Positions 17,101-31,043 of a stretch of 64,000 bases of DNA are shown one piece after another. The stretch is from the human T2T-CHM13v2.0 reference genome, Homo sapiens. The translations under genes and the position numbers were made by a program. Location: NCBI GenBank assembly GCA_009914755.4, contig CP086569.2:8768001-8832000 (forward strand), given 5' to 3'. Numbering within the stretch: the first letter of the stretch is position 1; the number at the start of each line of letters is the position of its first letter. The notes below the pieces were generated by a model that was given only the letters and a program-made list of their open reading frames with translations, was not told where the DNA came from and made no database searches.

Positions 17101-18980
17101 GCTAAATCTCCATTCATTACCTGACCTCCATAAGCTCCTACTTTAATTGTAGGATCACACTTATATTGTCAGTAATGTAGTGGGGTCGTTCCTCAAGGGA
17201 AACTGGCCTCTCCTTCTTTCAAGGGGTTCTTGGTCTTTAAACTGGCTGTAGTTTGGAAACTGATTGGGGAGGGGGCTGCAATTCACTGCTTTTATAATTT
17301 AAAGTAATCTTTTTTTTATTTGACCCAAAAGTTATCTGTTTGTTTAACTTAAGTGTGAATGCAGTAGGCTTTCTCTCAATTTCACTTCCAGGAACACCTT
17401 GATTAATTAGTTAATGCCAGAGCTCCATAGGAGTCACATTATTGTAATTGCCACTTCCCTTAGTTACATCCACCTTGCCTTTGATGGTTGAGTACTGCCA
17501 CTTGGCCCCTGCCACCTGGGGATCCAATTTTTCTCATCGTATTTAAATTTTGCCGTTGAGTGATTGTGTTTCCCACCATTAAATCTGACATACACAGAAG
17601 AGAAATTACAGGGCTATTCACAGATGCAAGTGCTTCCCTCACAAATCTATTTCACAAGGCATTGGTAAAGGGTATCTCTTCTGGACCCTTCAAAGTGGAA
17701 TGAGTAAAGTCTAAGGAGATGAATCCACTCCACCATCCCAATTTCCCTAAGCCTCCAGATCTCTCTCTCTACATTAAGCCAACGAAGACCAGGCATTTCC
17801 AGCTCACTCACAGTGGGACATCTTTTAATCCATATTTCAGCTAACCAGGCAAATCAACTATTAGAATTTTTTTAGCTACCTGAGCAGCAACATTAAATGC
17901 AAATTCCCTACTTAGTGGGCTCTACTCAATAAATTCAGTCTGATACAATTCCATGATTCCTCTTCCCCCATTATCCCCTACACTTAATATTCATTCCCAT
18001 GCCTGTCCTCCAGATTTCTGTTCAAATAAATGAGATAACTCTAACAGTTCTTTTTGAGTGTAGCACACCACTTCATGGGTCACACTCTCCACCTCACCTC
18101 TAGGAGCCCACCAGAACTTTAATCTACTTATAGGTTTAGAAACAAACAGAGGTGTTGGGGATGGCTTCTGAGGAGAAATCATATTATCTTTCCTAGAAAC
18201 TGCCTCAGGGGTGGAAAACACTGTTGTCTCAGCCAGTGCAGGGTTTCTTTCTTCAGACAGAGTTGGAAAGGCTGATGGAAGTGTGGATCAGAAAGGGGAT
18301 GTTGCCACTTCTTGAGATGAGGAAGCCATTCTTTCTGGCACCAAAAAAAAAAAAAGTTCATCAGAGTTAACCACTCACTGTCACCAGATTCATCAGGGTT
18401 CTTCTACACATCCCTATTGTGATTTACAGGGTCCGTTTCTTTTTCAATCCATGCCCTCACTATAACAGTAGACACCTGGTGAGGCTGTGCATGCATCTTT
18501 TATTGCAGGTCAGTGACTTACATGATAAGAGCCTGTGTCTGTTTTTCCAGTTTCAGCTCTTGCTCTACAAATGATAAGATTCTTACTCAGGGCAAAATTG
18601 GCAGATTTGAGCCTCAGTATCTGCTTCTGAAGTTGGGAGACAGTATCCCTCAGTTCATCATTTTCTTTCATCATATTGTTCACTGAACTTAGGAGCTACC
18701 AAGCAGCTTCACTGTGTTCTTTGGTTCTCCACATATGGTCAAAGGTATTATGTATAGAACCACTAAACTCCTTGATTCTCACAATCAGTGAATCAGGAGT
18801 GCCAAATTCATTTATTTTGCATAAGTCTCTAAATGGTTTCCACCAAGGACTATCAGTGTTCTCCATATTATTAGAAGCAGAGTCCACAGACTTTTTGCAT
18901 CAAATTATATTAAACAGCCAACTTCAGAACCTCCAAAACCAATGAAAGAACTTTATTTTTAATGTTCTGTTCCTCTAGAA

Positions 18981-18998
18981 CCATTTCTGGTACCAAAA
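18981..18998 (-). promoter_or_regulatory. ERVL primer binding site, tRNA-Leu(UAA)-like: TGGTACCAGAAATGG directly 3' of the 5' LTR
   Basis: Reverse complement of 18981-18995; compared with the expected TGGTACCAGGAGTGGGG from memory. Confidence 0.55.
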
Positions 18999-19000
18999 TC

Positions 19001-19424
19001 TTTATTAGTCAGGATTCTTTCACAGGGACAGAACTAATATCTATAGAAGAGTTTATTAAGTATGAACTTACATGATCACAATGTCCCACAATAGGCTGTC
19101 AGCAAGCTGAGAATCAACGATAGCCAAACTGAGTACCAAAATTGAACAACCTGGAGTCAGCCATGTGAGGGCAGACAGCATCCAGCACAGGAGAAAGATG
19201 TAGGCAAGAGGTTAGTCCATCTCACCTTTTTACGTTTTTTTCCTGTTTTATGTTTACTGGAAGCTGGATAGATTGTGCCCTCCAGATTAAGGTTGAATCT
19301 GCTTTCTCCAGCCCACTGACTCAAATGTTAATCTGTTTTGGGCAGCACTCACACAGACACACCCAGGATTAATACTCTGTACGTCTCAGTCCAGTTAAGT
19401 TGACACTCAGTATTAACCATCACA
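19001..19424 (-). mobile_element. ERVL 5' LTR (MLT2 family)
   Basis: Sense strand starts TGTGATGGTTAATACTGAGTGTCAACTT and ends ...CCTGACTAATAAA. Confidence 0.8.
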
Positions 19425-19514
19425 GGCTCCTGGGCATAAATTTGTTGCTCCCCACCGAAGCTCCACCTTCAAGCAGTGACATCTTGAAGTCTGGGGCATA
19501 GGCTGATGGACAAG

Positions 19515-20200
19515 AATGGGAAATGATTTTACTTTTATTAAGTAAATTGCTTTATTAAGTAAATTTACTTTTAATTAAATTTAAAGTAATTTTTATTTAA
19601 ATTTACTTTTAAATTAATAAAAAGTAAATTTACTTTTATTAAAGAAATTGCTGCCCAATAATCCAATCAGCAAGCACTTTATTTTCTTTGAACGATGTAA
19701 AATTACTGGATTCAGCCACACTGGAAGACTTGACAGACTACCAAGCAGCTGTGGAGAGGACCGACACACTGAAGGGCCTTCTCTCTGCTGAGAGCTAAGG
19801 AGGCATCAGAACTTTCAACAGCACACTGGAGCTACCCACCACAGGCTTTGCTGAGAGCTAGGGAGATAATGGAGCAGCTAGATAAACGGATAAGCTACCT
19901 ACTCCAAGATCTCTTCTATGCTGAAAGCTTAGATGTTGGGACCACCAGATATGAGGATTTCCCCACTGCAGAGCCTTCTCTCTGCACGGAGCTTAAAACT
20001 GGGCAAGATGACTAGCTGGATGGAGAAGATACCCGCTCCAGTTTCTCCTCTCTGCTGAGAGCTGGATGGTAATCACTGACACCCTGCCTTTAGAGAGGAG
20101 CTACCCACTCTCTTTGCTGAGAGCTGGACACTCATCAGGACATCTGGCTTGTGTGGAGGAGCTACCCAGTGAGGGGCTTTTCTGTGTTCTCTCATTCAGT
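19515..20200. repeat. AT-rich minisatellite (taaatttactttta units, 19515-19650) followed by an array of about 48-bp tandem units (ctctctgctgagagct...gagctaccc, 19690-20200)
   Basis: Direct observation of periodicity; absent from arm B because of a deletion. Confidence 0.7.
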
Positions 20201-20912
20201 ACAGCTTCTCTTTACATTGCACACTCTTTAATTGTCCATCTACGTCTTTATTCCTGAAGGCAGAGCAATTATTTGAGATAAGCTGAATGGTGAAGCTGAA
20301 AGAGTTGTAACACAAACTGGGGGAAAAAAGACATACCTTGCTCATCACATTGTGGAAGACAAAAATAAGAGGAGAGCTATGACCCTTCAGGGTGCACAGA
20401 CCTAGGCACTCTCAAAGCCAGGGCTGTGACATCTTTAGGGCTTTGAAGTTTCTGGCATCTTCAAACTTCTGGGCACAACTCCATTCCTTAGTATAAGCTA
20501 TGGAAGCTGCTTGCAGAATGCCTGATCCAGCTGCAGCTTCTCAGTGAGATGGCACTTCTCTTGGCACCTAAAATTTCCTGCCCTGCCACAGCTGGCATGC
20601 CTGGCTATGTGTAGTGGCTGATGCCCACACTCGCTCATACACCCCTTGCCACTCTATGCCACATTTGCCCTTGGCAGGTGTTAAATCCATGCCTATAATG
20701 CAAGGGGAAGGCAGCCTCTCAGGCAGAGTGCGTATAACAAGCTTAGCAGGCCTTAGCAAAACTGAGGCAAAGGCACTACTGGCCACAGGGGTTTCCATCT
20801 GGCAAGGTGACTCCACCAAAATTCCAAGACAAAAGAAGCATAGCTACTTGTGTTTAAATGCCTTACATCTACTGGATCTTGAAATATTGATAATTGAGTG
20901 TCTTACAATGTG

Positions 20913-20990
20913 AGATATAGATACGTAGATAGATAGATTGATAGGTAGATAAATTGTGTGTGTATGTCTGTGTGTGTGTGTGTGTGTGTC
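20913..20990. repeat. (GATA)n then (GT)n microsatellites abutting an Alu; arm A only
   Basis: Direct observation. Confidence 0.9.
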
Positions 20991-21246
20991 AGAGTCTCAC
21001 TGTGTCACTCAGGCTGGTGTGCAGTGGTGTGACCTCGGCTCACCACAACTTCTGCCCCCTGGGTTCAAGTGATTCTCCTGCCTCAGCCTCCTAAGTAGCT
21101 GGGAATACAGGCATCTGCCACCGCACTTGGCTAATTTTTGTATTTTTAGTTGAGGTGGGATTTCAGCATCTTGGTCAGGCTGGTGGTAAACTCCTGACAT
21201 CATGATCCACCCACCTCAGCCTCCCAAAGCACTGGGATTACAAACA
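20988..21246 (-). mobile_element. Alu (AluS-like), right end truncated; arm A only
   Basis: Alu consensus similarity in reverse complement. Confidence 0.9.
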
Positions 21247-21952
21247 TAAAGTACCTCATCTGGCCACAGTTTGATATTGTTAAACCTTATTTGGAAATTA
21301 TTATATTTCCAATTTTTTTAGGAATTAAATTTGAAAGATTTGCATTTGCATTGAGTCACCTGATCTCTCTTACTTACACTCTCTTACTCTTTTTATTATG
21401 TGAGAATATATTTCTAAAATATGTGGCATTGGTGTTCAGATTGGCATTTTTCTGGTGGATTATAAAGTTTACTGATGGAACAGAATTTCTTATTCCTGGT
21501 TTTGACATTTTGTACTCATGTAATTTCTTTCTGTGAGGATTTTTTGCTGCATTCTGTAGGATTATGAGTAGCATTTCTGGCATCTTCGACTAAGTGTGAT
21601 AGTAAATTTTTTTTTCCATGGTGGAAATACGCAAGTATGTTTGTATCTTGTGGAAACAAAACTGATGCAATTTACTATTCTACAGAGTTCTAAAGAAGAA
21701 ATAAGAACTTGCTTTTAAAAATTTTGCGCAAATTTTACATGAAATCTCACTTTTCTCTAAGTCTTTGCTGTTCTAACATCCTGTAATTTTCTATCATCAT
21801 CATGTAAGTTAAGCCTATAATACTTTTCCTTTTGCAGGATAGTGTTAAAAACACAGGTTAAATGGATGTTGAAGAGCTGATATAAGAGGCCACATTTGGG
21901 TAAGAAAAGAGTTATTGGTCTTTATCTCAAAAAGCTCACCATCATGAATTAT

Positions 21953-22708
21953 TAGGGAAATGCACAACTAAACTGCAATGAGACACCATCTGAGGCCAGT
22001 CAAAATGGTGATTACTAAAAAGCCAAGAAACAACAGATGATAGTGAGGCAGTGCAATGATAGGAATACTTTTATATTGTTGTTCAGAATGCAAATCAGTA
22101 CACACTGTGAAAAAGTGTGTGATGATTCATCAAGTATCTAGAACCAGAAATACCACTGGCCTCAGCAATTACATTACTGGATATATACTCTTCCAAAAAC
22201 AAGCTATTCTATTACAAGGATACATGCATATGTATGTTTACTACAGAACTATTCACAGTAACAAAAACGTGGAATTAACCCAAATGCCTATCAACGACAG
22301 CCTGAATAAAGAAAGCGTGGTACATATACACAATGAAATTATATGCAGCCATAAAAAGGAATGAAATTATGTCCTGTGAAGGGGCATGTATGAAGCAGGA
22401 AGCCAATATCCTCAGTAAGCTAACACGGAAACAAAACACACACACAAAAAAAACACTGCATGTTCACACTCATGCATGGGAACTGAACATTGAAGACACA
22501 TACACACAGGGAGGGAAAGAACACATACTTGGGTCTGCCAGGGGGGAAAAAAGAGACTCAGATAAATAACTAAATCATGCGGGGCTTACTACCTATATTA
22601 TGGGTTGATATGTGCAGTCAACAACCATGGCACGTGGTTAATTGTGAAATAAACCTGCATGTCCTGCATGTGTACCATGGAATTTAATATAAAATAAAAT
22701 TAAAAATA
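21953..22708 (+). mobile_element. Old L1 (L1P-type) 3' end fragment; paralogue of 43577-44362
   Basis: Matches the L1 ORF2 C-terminus/3' UTR in sense (gggaaatgca...ccatctgaggccagtcaaaatggtgattactaaaaagccaagaaac). Confidence 0.85.
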
Positions 22709-22773
22709 AGAAGGCTTTTATTTTTGTAGAGTTTATAGTAACTTTTAAATATGTGCCACACTTTACTGAAGAC

Positions 22774-22934
22774 TTTTTTTTTTTTTTAAATATGGCGTCT
22801 CTCTCTGTTGCCAGACTGGAGTGAAGTGGTGCGATCTTGGCTCCCTGCAATCTCTGACCCCTGGGTTCAAGTGATTCTCCTGCCTCAGTTTCCTGAATAG
22901 CTTGAATTACTTGTGCATGGCACCACACCGAGCC
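22774..22934 (-). mobile_element. Partial Alu (right monomer) with poly-T; arm A only
   Basis: Alu similarity. Confidence 0.8.
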
Positions 22935-23045
22935 TTAAGATATTTTTTTAAAAATAATTACAAATCAGTTTTTGACAAACTGCATTGAAAAGTAAATAGT
23001 GTATTTCAATTCTTAGTTGATTGAATTTCTTCCCTTTTATTTTTA

Positions 23046-23300
23046 GAATGATATCTCACACTGCCCCTTTGCCTGGAGTGCAGAGTGCAATCTTGGCACC
23101 CTGCAACCACCTGACTCACAGCTTCAAGTGATTTATCTTCCTCAGCCCCTTGATTAGCTGAGATTACTGGCGGACACAACCACAGCTGATGGGGTTTCCC
23201 CATATTCTACAGACTCTTCTCTAACTCCTGACCTCAAGTAATTTGCCTACCTTATTCTCAGAACATGCTGGGACTACAGATGTGAACCACCGTGCCTGGC
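23046..23300 (-). mobile_element. Old diverged Alu (AluJ-like); paralogue at 43205-43460 (+) is present in both arms, so it predates the duplication
   Basis: Alu similarity; mirrored position and orientation in both arms. Confidence 0.8.
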
Positions 23301-25440
23301 ACTTGATTGAATTTATAATTGAGAAAAACATACATCTTGCAAAAATTTATTTTTATATCATATTTTTATGAGTTTATATATCTCATAATTCATGAAAAAT
23401 AATAAAGCTTTAATGCCTTTTTATATTTTAAATGAATTTATTTCCATTTTTATGTAATTAAAAGAGTAGGTTAATTTAGAATGTTATTTTTCTTTTGGGT
23501 AAATTTCTCAGGCTTTAGAAATTTCTTTAAAAATCTACTCTGGGAAAATAATTACATTTATTGATTTTACTTGGTTTTTTTTTAGGAATTGCTTATGTAA
23601 GAAAGTTCAAATTTGTTTCAAGATACAATGAGATGTTTAATTATGTCAAATAAACTTAAAATATTTTCTTTGAAAAGAATTTTTTTACCTATATTTTCTA
23701 CAAATAATACTGTGATTACTTTTTCTGACTTACTAGAAATTAATTGATTGTTTCATCTTCCCTGCATAAAAAGTTCACCTGCAATATTTAAGAAGTAAAC
23801 AACTGCCAGCCGAGCTGGCTGTTCCAGTCTGTCGCTCACCAAACACCATCAATTCTGGTTTTGAGCTACTTGTAACACCAGCTATTGGCTGTGTAAAAAA
23901 ATCTTAAAAAGACAGTAGACTGTTTGGCTGAAATATATTACACAGACAAAACAATAGCTAGTGAGTATTTTAAATTAAAGCTGCTTTTGTTCATTAATCA
24001 TAGTTTTGTGTGAAATTCTATTTTCTCATTTAGATAAAACCAACTCATGGTTTTTTGTCAACTATTTTAACATTCTGTAGCCATCAGGTACATAATTAAT
24101 ACAATTTTAGTCGGAGAGTACAATTTATTTAATATCTATTTATTTAATGCTCCCCTATAGTTGGCTTTGGTAACTTAACACAGTGAGTTGTTTGAATCAC
24201 ATGTGAAAAAATACTGAAACTTTAGAGTAATGAGGAATCAAATGTAATACTATAAAAAGTTTATATTTAAAATGTATGCATTAAAAAGTTTTTCATAACC
24301 CACAAATTGAAGTTGCTTAATGTTATTTTAGTTAAATTCTAAGAAAGTTATGGTTTAAAAATCATGATATGAGAAGAGAACATTTGAGTGCATTTTATTG
24401 CTTCTAAATACCACATCAGTCCCACAAAGAGGGTAGTAATGTTGAAATCTTACACAGAACTAAAACAAGTTTGAGGTAATGTAAGTAAATTAACAAAGAA
24501 TAACATAAAATTTAGTTTATTTCAAGAGAAAACTGAATGTTAAATATATAATTAACAGCAGCATTCAGTATAGACCTTTAATTAGTAAATGTGAAATTAT
24601 ATTTATATTTTTATCTGTGGGAGTATATTTTCTAGCACATTGTAGGATTTTCTAGCTAAACTCACTGCTTAAAAGGTCAGATCTTTATTTGTCTTGTGGG
24701 TTCTTTGTAGAGGAAAGAGTTTACTTTTGAAAAACACCTTTTTCTTAATTTATTTAACTATTGTATTGACATAGTAAATACATATTTTCAAAAGAGTTTT
24801 TTTAAACAAACACTGCTGTTGTTAAACTATTTAGCTAACAGTTTTATGGGGTTAAAATATATTTCCAAATACATAAGAGGATATGTACTGCAAATTATTA
24901 ACTTGCCACCAATATTATATTCCTGGTCCAGAGATTATGTCTGTATGTGCACTAATCCATGCATGTAACTATTTGTTTATTTTTTACACAAATGAAAATA
25001 TACAATATACAGCATTATTAACTTTGTTTTGTATTTAGTCAAACACCTGTCAGTATATGAAGATCTGTTTCATTCTGATTTGTAGCTACATAACTTGCCT
25101 TTCAATGTGCTCTAATTTATGCAATCCATCTCTAAGATGAATTGATGTGTAAGCTGTATTACCTTTTGCAGAAAGTAGGGAAGAATTTATAGTCCTTACA
25201 GTGATTTTAAATATGCAAGACAAAGAAATTATTGTTAGTTACTGAGGAATAAAGCAGATATTTATGTGAAGCTTACAGTTTTATGAGTCACAACAATAAC
25301 TTTAAATGAAGTGCTCAATTAAAAGTGAGAAAACCCTAATGTTTTATTTATATAAAGTTCTGATGACAATTAATTAAATACACTTATTTTAGGCCCAAAA
25401 GTTTTATAGTAAGTAAACTTGTAATGATTAAGGCTAAGTC

Positions 25441-25941
25441 CATGATTGTGTCCACACTCTGTATCTAGCTAATCTAGTGGGGATGTGGAGAACCTTTGTG
25501 TCTAGCTCAGGGATTATAAACCCACCAATCAGTGCCCTGTCAAAACAGACCACTGGGCTCTACCAGTCAGCAAGATGTGGGTGGGGCCAGATAAGAGAAT
25601 AAACTCAGGCTGCTGGAGCCAGCAGTGGCAACCTGCTCGGGTCCCCTTCCACACTGTGGAAGCTTTGTTCTTTCGCTCTTTGCAATAAGTCTTCCTACTG
25701 CTCACTCTTTTGGTCCACACTGCCTTTATGAGCTGTGACACTCACTGCCAAGGTCTGCATCTTCACTCCTGAGCCAGCGAGACCATGAACCCACCAGAAG
25801 TAAGAAAGTCCAAATACATCTGAACATCAGAAGGAACAAACTCTGGACACGCCGCCGTTAAGAACTGTCACACTCATCTCGAGGGTCCGCGGCTTCATTC
25901 TTGAAGTCAGTGAGACCAAGAACCCACCAATTCTGGACACA
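25441..25941 (+). mobile_element. LTR12-family (HERV9 LTR) solo LTR, exactly at the inner boundary of arm A
   Basis: Characteristic tgtgtctagctcagggattataaacccaccaatcag...gggtggggccagataagagaataa...cttcattcttgaagtcagtgagaccaagaacccaccaattctggacaca. Confidence 0.85.
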
Positions 25942-26444
25942 GGAGGGCCTCCATCTTCCAGACCCCAGAATAGTAGATCCACTGACAGCTTGAATTTTGT
26001 TCCTGGAGAAGCCACAGATACTGAATGCCAGCTGGTGGAAACAGTTGGGAGGAAGGCTGTACCCTGCAAAGCCTCATGGGTGCAGGTGCACAAGACCATG
26101 GGAACCCAGCTCTTGAAGATCATTCTGAAGCTTTAAGATTGTACTGCCTCCTTGGATTTTAGACTCGCATGGGGGCTGTAGCCCCTTTATTCCAGTCAGC
26201 TTCTCACATTTGGAATGGCTGTACTTTTCCAACGCCTGTACCCTACTGTATCTAAGAAGTAACAAACTTGCTATCAATTTTACAGGCTCATAGGGAGAAA
26301 GAACCTGCCTTGTCTCAGATGAGATATTGGACTTTGACTATTGAGTTAGTGCTGCAATGAGTTGAGGCATTGCAGGACTATTGGAAAAGCATGACTGGTT
26401 TTGAAATGTGAGGAAATGAGATTTGGGAGGGGCCAGGGTTGGAA

Positions 26445-26790
26445 TGATATGGTTTGACTGTGTCCCCACCCCACTTGAATTTTTACATGTGGTGGGAGGA
26501 ATGAGATGGGGAGTAATTGAATCATGGGGGCAGATGTTTTTTGTGCTGTTCTTGTGACAGTGAGTAAGTCTCATTATATATGATGGCTTGAAACATCAGT
26601 TTCCTTGCAGAAGCTCTCGCTTTGCCTGCTGCCATCTGTGTAAGATGTTAATTGCTCCTCTTTCCCTTCTATCATGATTCTGAGGCCTCCCCAGTCATGT
26701 GGAACTGTCAGTTCATTAAACCTCTCTTTCTTTTATAAATCGCCCAGTCTAGCATATGTCTTTAGCTTGAAAATGGACTAAGACAGTACA
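26445..26790 (+). mobile_element. MaLR LTR (THE1/MST family)
   Basis: tgatatggtttgactgtgtccccacc...ggtaattgaatcatggggg...cctccccagtcatgtggaactgtcagttcattaaacctct. Confidence 0.8.
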
Positions 26791-27030
26791 AATATCAGAT
26801 TGACTGATAAAGCTCTGTGACTTTAATTTCACAGTCAAGTCAAAGATGTAAATCAAATACAATTGTGTGTAGGTCTCTGAAAATTCTTATCAACCTTTTT
26901 CTAGTTCAGTAACACTTTATTAACATATTTTAACATAATGCTGAAAGAGTTGTTAAATCAAGTTATAATGTACTCTATACTTTTATAATTATTGCTAAGC
27001 TAAGACTACAGTCATTTTAATTGTTTTAAG

Positions 27031-27465
27031 AGACAAAGTCTCTATTGCTACAGCTGGAATGAATGCAGTGGTGCAATTATAGCTAACTGCGGCTTCAAAC
27101 GTATGGGCTCATGTTATCCTGCTGCCTTAGCCTCCCAATGAGCTGGGTCTACAGGAAGAGGACAGTAGGCTCAGCTAATTATTTAATTTGTTTATTTATT
27201 TTAATTTTTTTGTTAGAGACGGAATTTTGAAATGTTGCTGAGGCAGGCCTCAAAATCTAGGCTTAAGGTAATCCATCCACCTTGGCATCATATAGTGCTA
27301 AGTTTACTGGTGTGATCCACCATATCTAGCTAATTCTTAAAAACTTTTTGTAGAGATGGTACTTCACTATTTTGCCAAACCAGGTTACAAACACCTGCCC
27401 TCAAGGTTATTTTTGCCTTGACCTTTACTATTTTTGGAATTACAAATATAAGCCACAAAACCTGG
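27031..27465 (-). mobile_element. Two adjacent old, diverged Alu-family elements (AluJ/FRAM-like)
   Basis: Recognisable Alu blocks (cagcctcccaa.gagctggg..., gtagagatgg..tt.actat.ttgccaaaccaggt). Confidence 0.6.
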
Positions 27466-28725
27466 TCTAAAAATGATCTACATTTTTAACTATAAGTTAA
27501 AATTTTATCTGGTAGAGATAAAGCTTCTTATGTAATGATAAAGTAGAACATGATGTGATACAAATTTATTGGTATGTGAGCCAATTTTTAAATAATAAAT
27601 GCACATTTAGATTAGAGATTTTTAAGTTTACTAAGAATTCTCTCACAATTACTACAAAAATGTTTATTGTGTATTTAAAATTTGAAATAATATTTTTATG
27701 GTTAGGAAAATGTAAAGCAGTATAATAGAGAACCAAACCAATTGTAAGAACTCTACGAATGAAATGCAAAGCCATGTACAAGTCACTGGCAGGACCACAA
27801 ACTATTTTTTTTGGTGTGAAATCCAGTGGTGATGTGGAATATACCAGCAATTTGTATACTAATCATAGTAATTTCTTGTGCTTTAGGCAGAAAAGTAATT
27901 CTACTCTTCAAATAAAAATACATATACAGTCAAAAACATTTGTATTTTCAAGCACTTTCTAAATAAAATTTTTGTTAGTTAACACTAATTCTTAGTGATT
28001 TACTTACCACTTCACTAACCCATACTGCAAACTAGTGCTTGAGTAGAAAGTAATAATTATTATTATAAATAATGCTCTTTTATATATCCATATATTAAGT
28101 ACCACTATTCTAATGTACAGATATATTACATTTTACACTTTAAATAACTAAACCAAAAAGAAACACTTTCACATAAATTAAGGCTAATGATTCGATAAGA
28201 AAAGGTAAATGAAGCCTAAAGAAAAAAAGTAAACACATGTTGATGCTTTGTAAGGAATCACGCAAGCCAAACACAAATTATTTTTTATTAGTAAGAAGCT
28301 AATCTAAAAGCTTACCTTGAGCAGGATTTAAATAAACACGATTAATGTAAATACTTTTATTCCATTATGGATAAATTTCACATTTTGTTTCTATACACTT
28401 CTCTCAATGGCTGGTGATGTAATGATGTGATGTGGTATTGCAAAAGTTAGTCATAATATATATCTTACCATCTCATCACCTTCATCTATCATGTCCATTT
28501 GCTTATTAAAAATAAGTACACAAGCATTTCACCATCTCTTCTCTCATCTCTATGACATGCACTTCAGTGTGTAATCAAATACATTTGTGTACTCTCCACC
28601 AAAACACTGACTTTTTAAATTTCTTTATCATCTTCTATTTTCAATTCTGTTACATCTCCATCATCAAATTTATACCAGTGATCTGAGTCATTGGCTACCA
28701 TCTTTGAATAATACAAGAATAATAA

Positions 28726-29030
<305 letters not shown>

Positions 29031-29305
29031 ATTCCCACTACTTGCTTGATCAGCATTGCTACTGTGTAAGGTCCCATATCCAGGTCCCAGAGAAATTAAA
29101 AATAATCACTGAATATAATTGTACATTTTCCCAGACATATTAAAATTGTTTGAGTTGGCTGCAAAACCAAAAGGGAATATTTTAAATAGCAAGTGCTTTC
29201 CTGTGTTAACATACCATAAACAAAGAATATAAACAAATATTCTCTTGTTACCTGCGCAGACATTAAAACAATGTAATGAGAATTTTAAAGTTTATAATCT
29301 TTTGA

Positions 29306-29592
29306 GCTGGGCGCGGAGGCTCACTCCGGTAATCTCAGTAATTTGGAAGGCTAAGGCCGGCAGATCACGAGGTCAAGAGATTGAGGCCATCCTGGCCAAT
29401 GTGGTGAAACCCAGTCTCAACTAAAAAAAAAAAAAAAAAATTGCAGGGTATGGTTGTGCAAACGTGTAATCCCAGCTACTCAGGAGGCTGAGGCAGAATT
29501 GCTAGAACCTGAGAGCCAGAGGTTTCAGTGAGCTGAAATTGTGCCATTGCACTGCAGCCTGGGCAACAGAGCGAGACTCCGTCTCAAAAAAA
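29306..29592 (+). mobile_element. Alu with internal A-rich linker and poly-A
   Basis: Alu consensus similarity. Confidence 0.9.
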
Positions 29593-30264
29593 ATTATAGT
29601 CTTTCTCATCTAGTTTATACAGACGAGTAAATGATAGTTAACACCAGCAGGGTAATTATGTCATAACTAACTTAAGCAATGCTTACTTACCAAAGCTTAA
29701 AATGTTTATATATAGTAATCCTTTGGCATCTGTAGGGGATTGGCTACAGGATCCCCATGATTACTATAATTTGTGTCTGCTCAAGTTTCTAATGAACAGT
29801 GGTGCAGTACGTAAATATAACATACACACATCCTTCTGTATAGTTTACTTATCTCTAAATAACTTAAATAATTAATAAAATGTAAATGTTAAGTAGACAA
29901 TTATATTGTAATTGCTTTTAAATTTGCTAGTTTTTATTGTATTGTTATTTTTTGTTTTTGGACATTTTAATACATGTTTAGAGAAATCTGTGTTTGCAGA
30001 ACCTGTGGATGTAAAAGGTCACTTATGTGTTGCAAATTGGAAAACATTACTGACACAGACCCTGATGGCTATGTGGTTCCATATAGCCACTACTATCTGT
30101 TTTATTCCTCTAATGCTTTCTTTTATGCTATTAATTAGAATTTGGTGTGAGTAAACTGAAGATATATGATAAGCAATAATAATAGCAGCTAATATTTATA
30201 GCACTTAAAGACCAGGTAATACACTAAGAGCTGCACACATATTAATAAATTTAATCCTCACTGT

Positions 30265-30854
<590 letters not shown>

Positions 30855-30855
30855 C

Positions 30856-31043
30856 GGAAAAGGAAAGGAAAGGAAAGGGAAAGGAAGGGAAGGGAGGGGA
30901 GGGGAGGGGAGGGGAGGGAAGGGAAGGGAAGGGAAAAGAAAGGAAAGGAAAGGAAAGGAAAGGAAAGGAAAGGAAAGGAAAGGAAAGGAAAGGAAAGGAA
31001 AGGAAAGGAAAGGAAAGGAAAGGGAAAGGAAAGGAAAAAAAAG
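30856..31043. repeat. Long nearly pure (GGAAA)n/(GAAAG)n/(GGGGA)n microsatellite (about 190 bp) seeded from the Alu tail
   Basis: Direct observation; creates artefactual ORFs on both strands (e.g. 30668-31213). Confidence 0.95.

Noticed and set aside
19433-20900. Region upstream of the ERVL 5' LTR (with 48-bp tandem array) as part of the ERVL element
   Set aside because: It lies outside the LTR boundary (TG...CA terminus at 19424). The PBS is on the other side of the LTR. It is host flank retained in arm B (45263-45735).
26770-26810. Apparent resumption of arm homology (gaaaatgg...acag) between 26770 and arm B about 39960
   Set aside because: The matching bases are the generic 3' terminus of the THE1/MaLR LTR, not flank homology. 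No colinear continuation follows.
30856-31043. Regular short repeats as a possible CRISPR array
   Set aside because: Pure pentanucleotide microsatellite with no spacers, seeded from an Alu tail.
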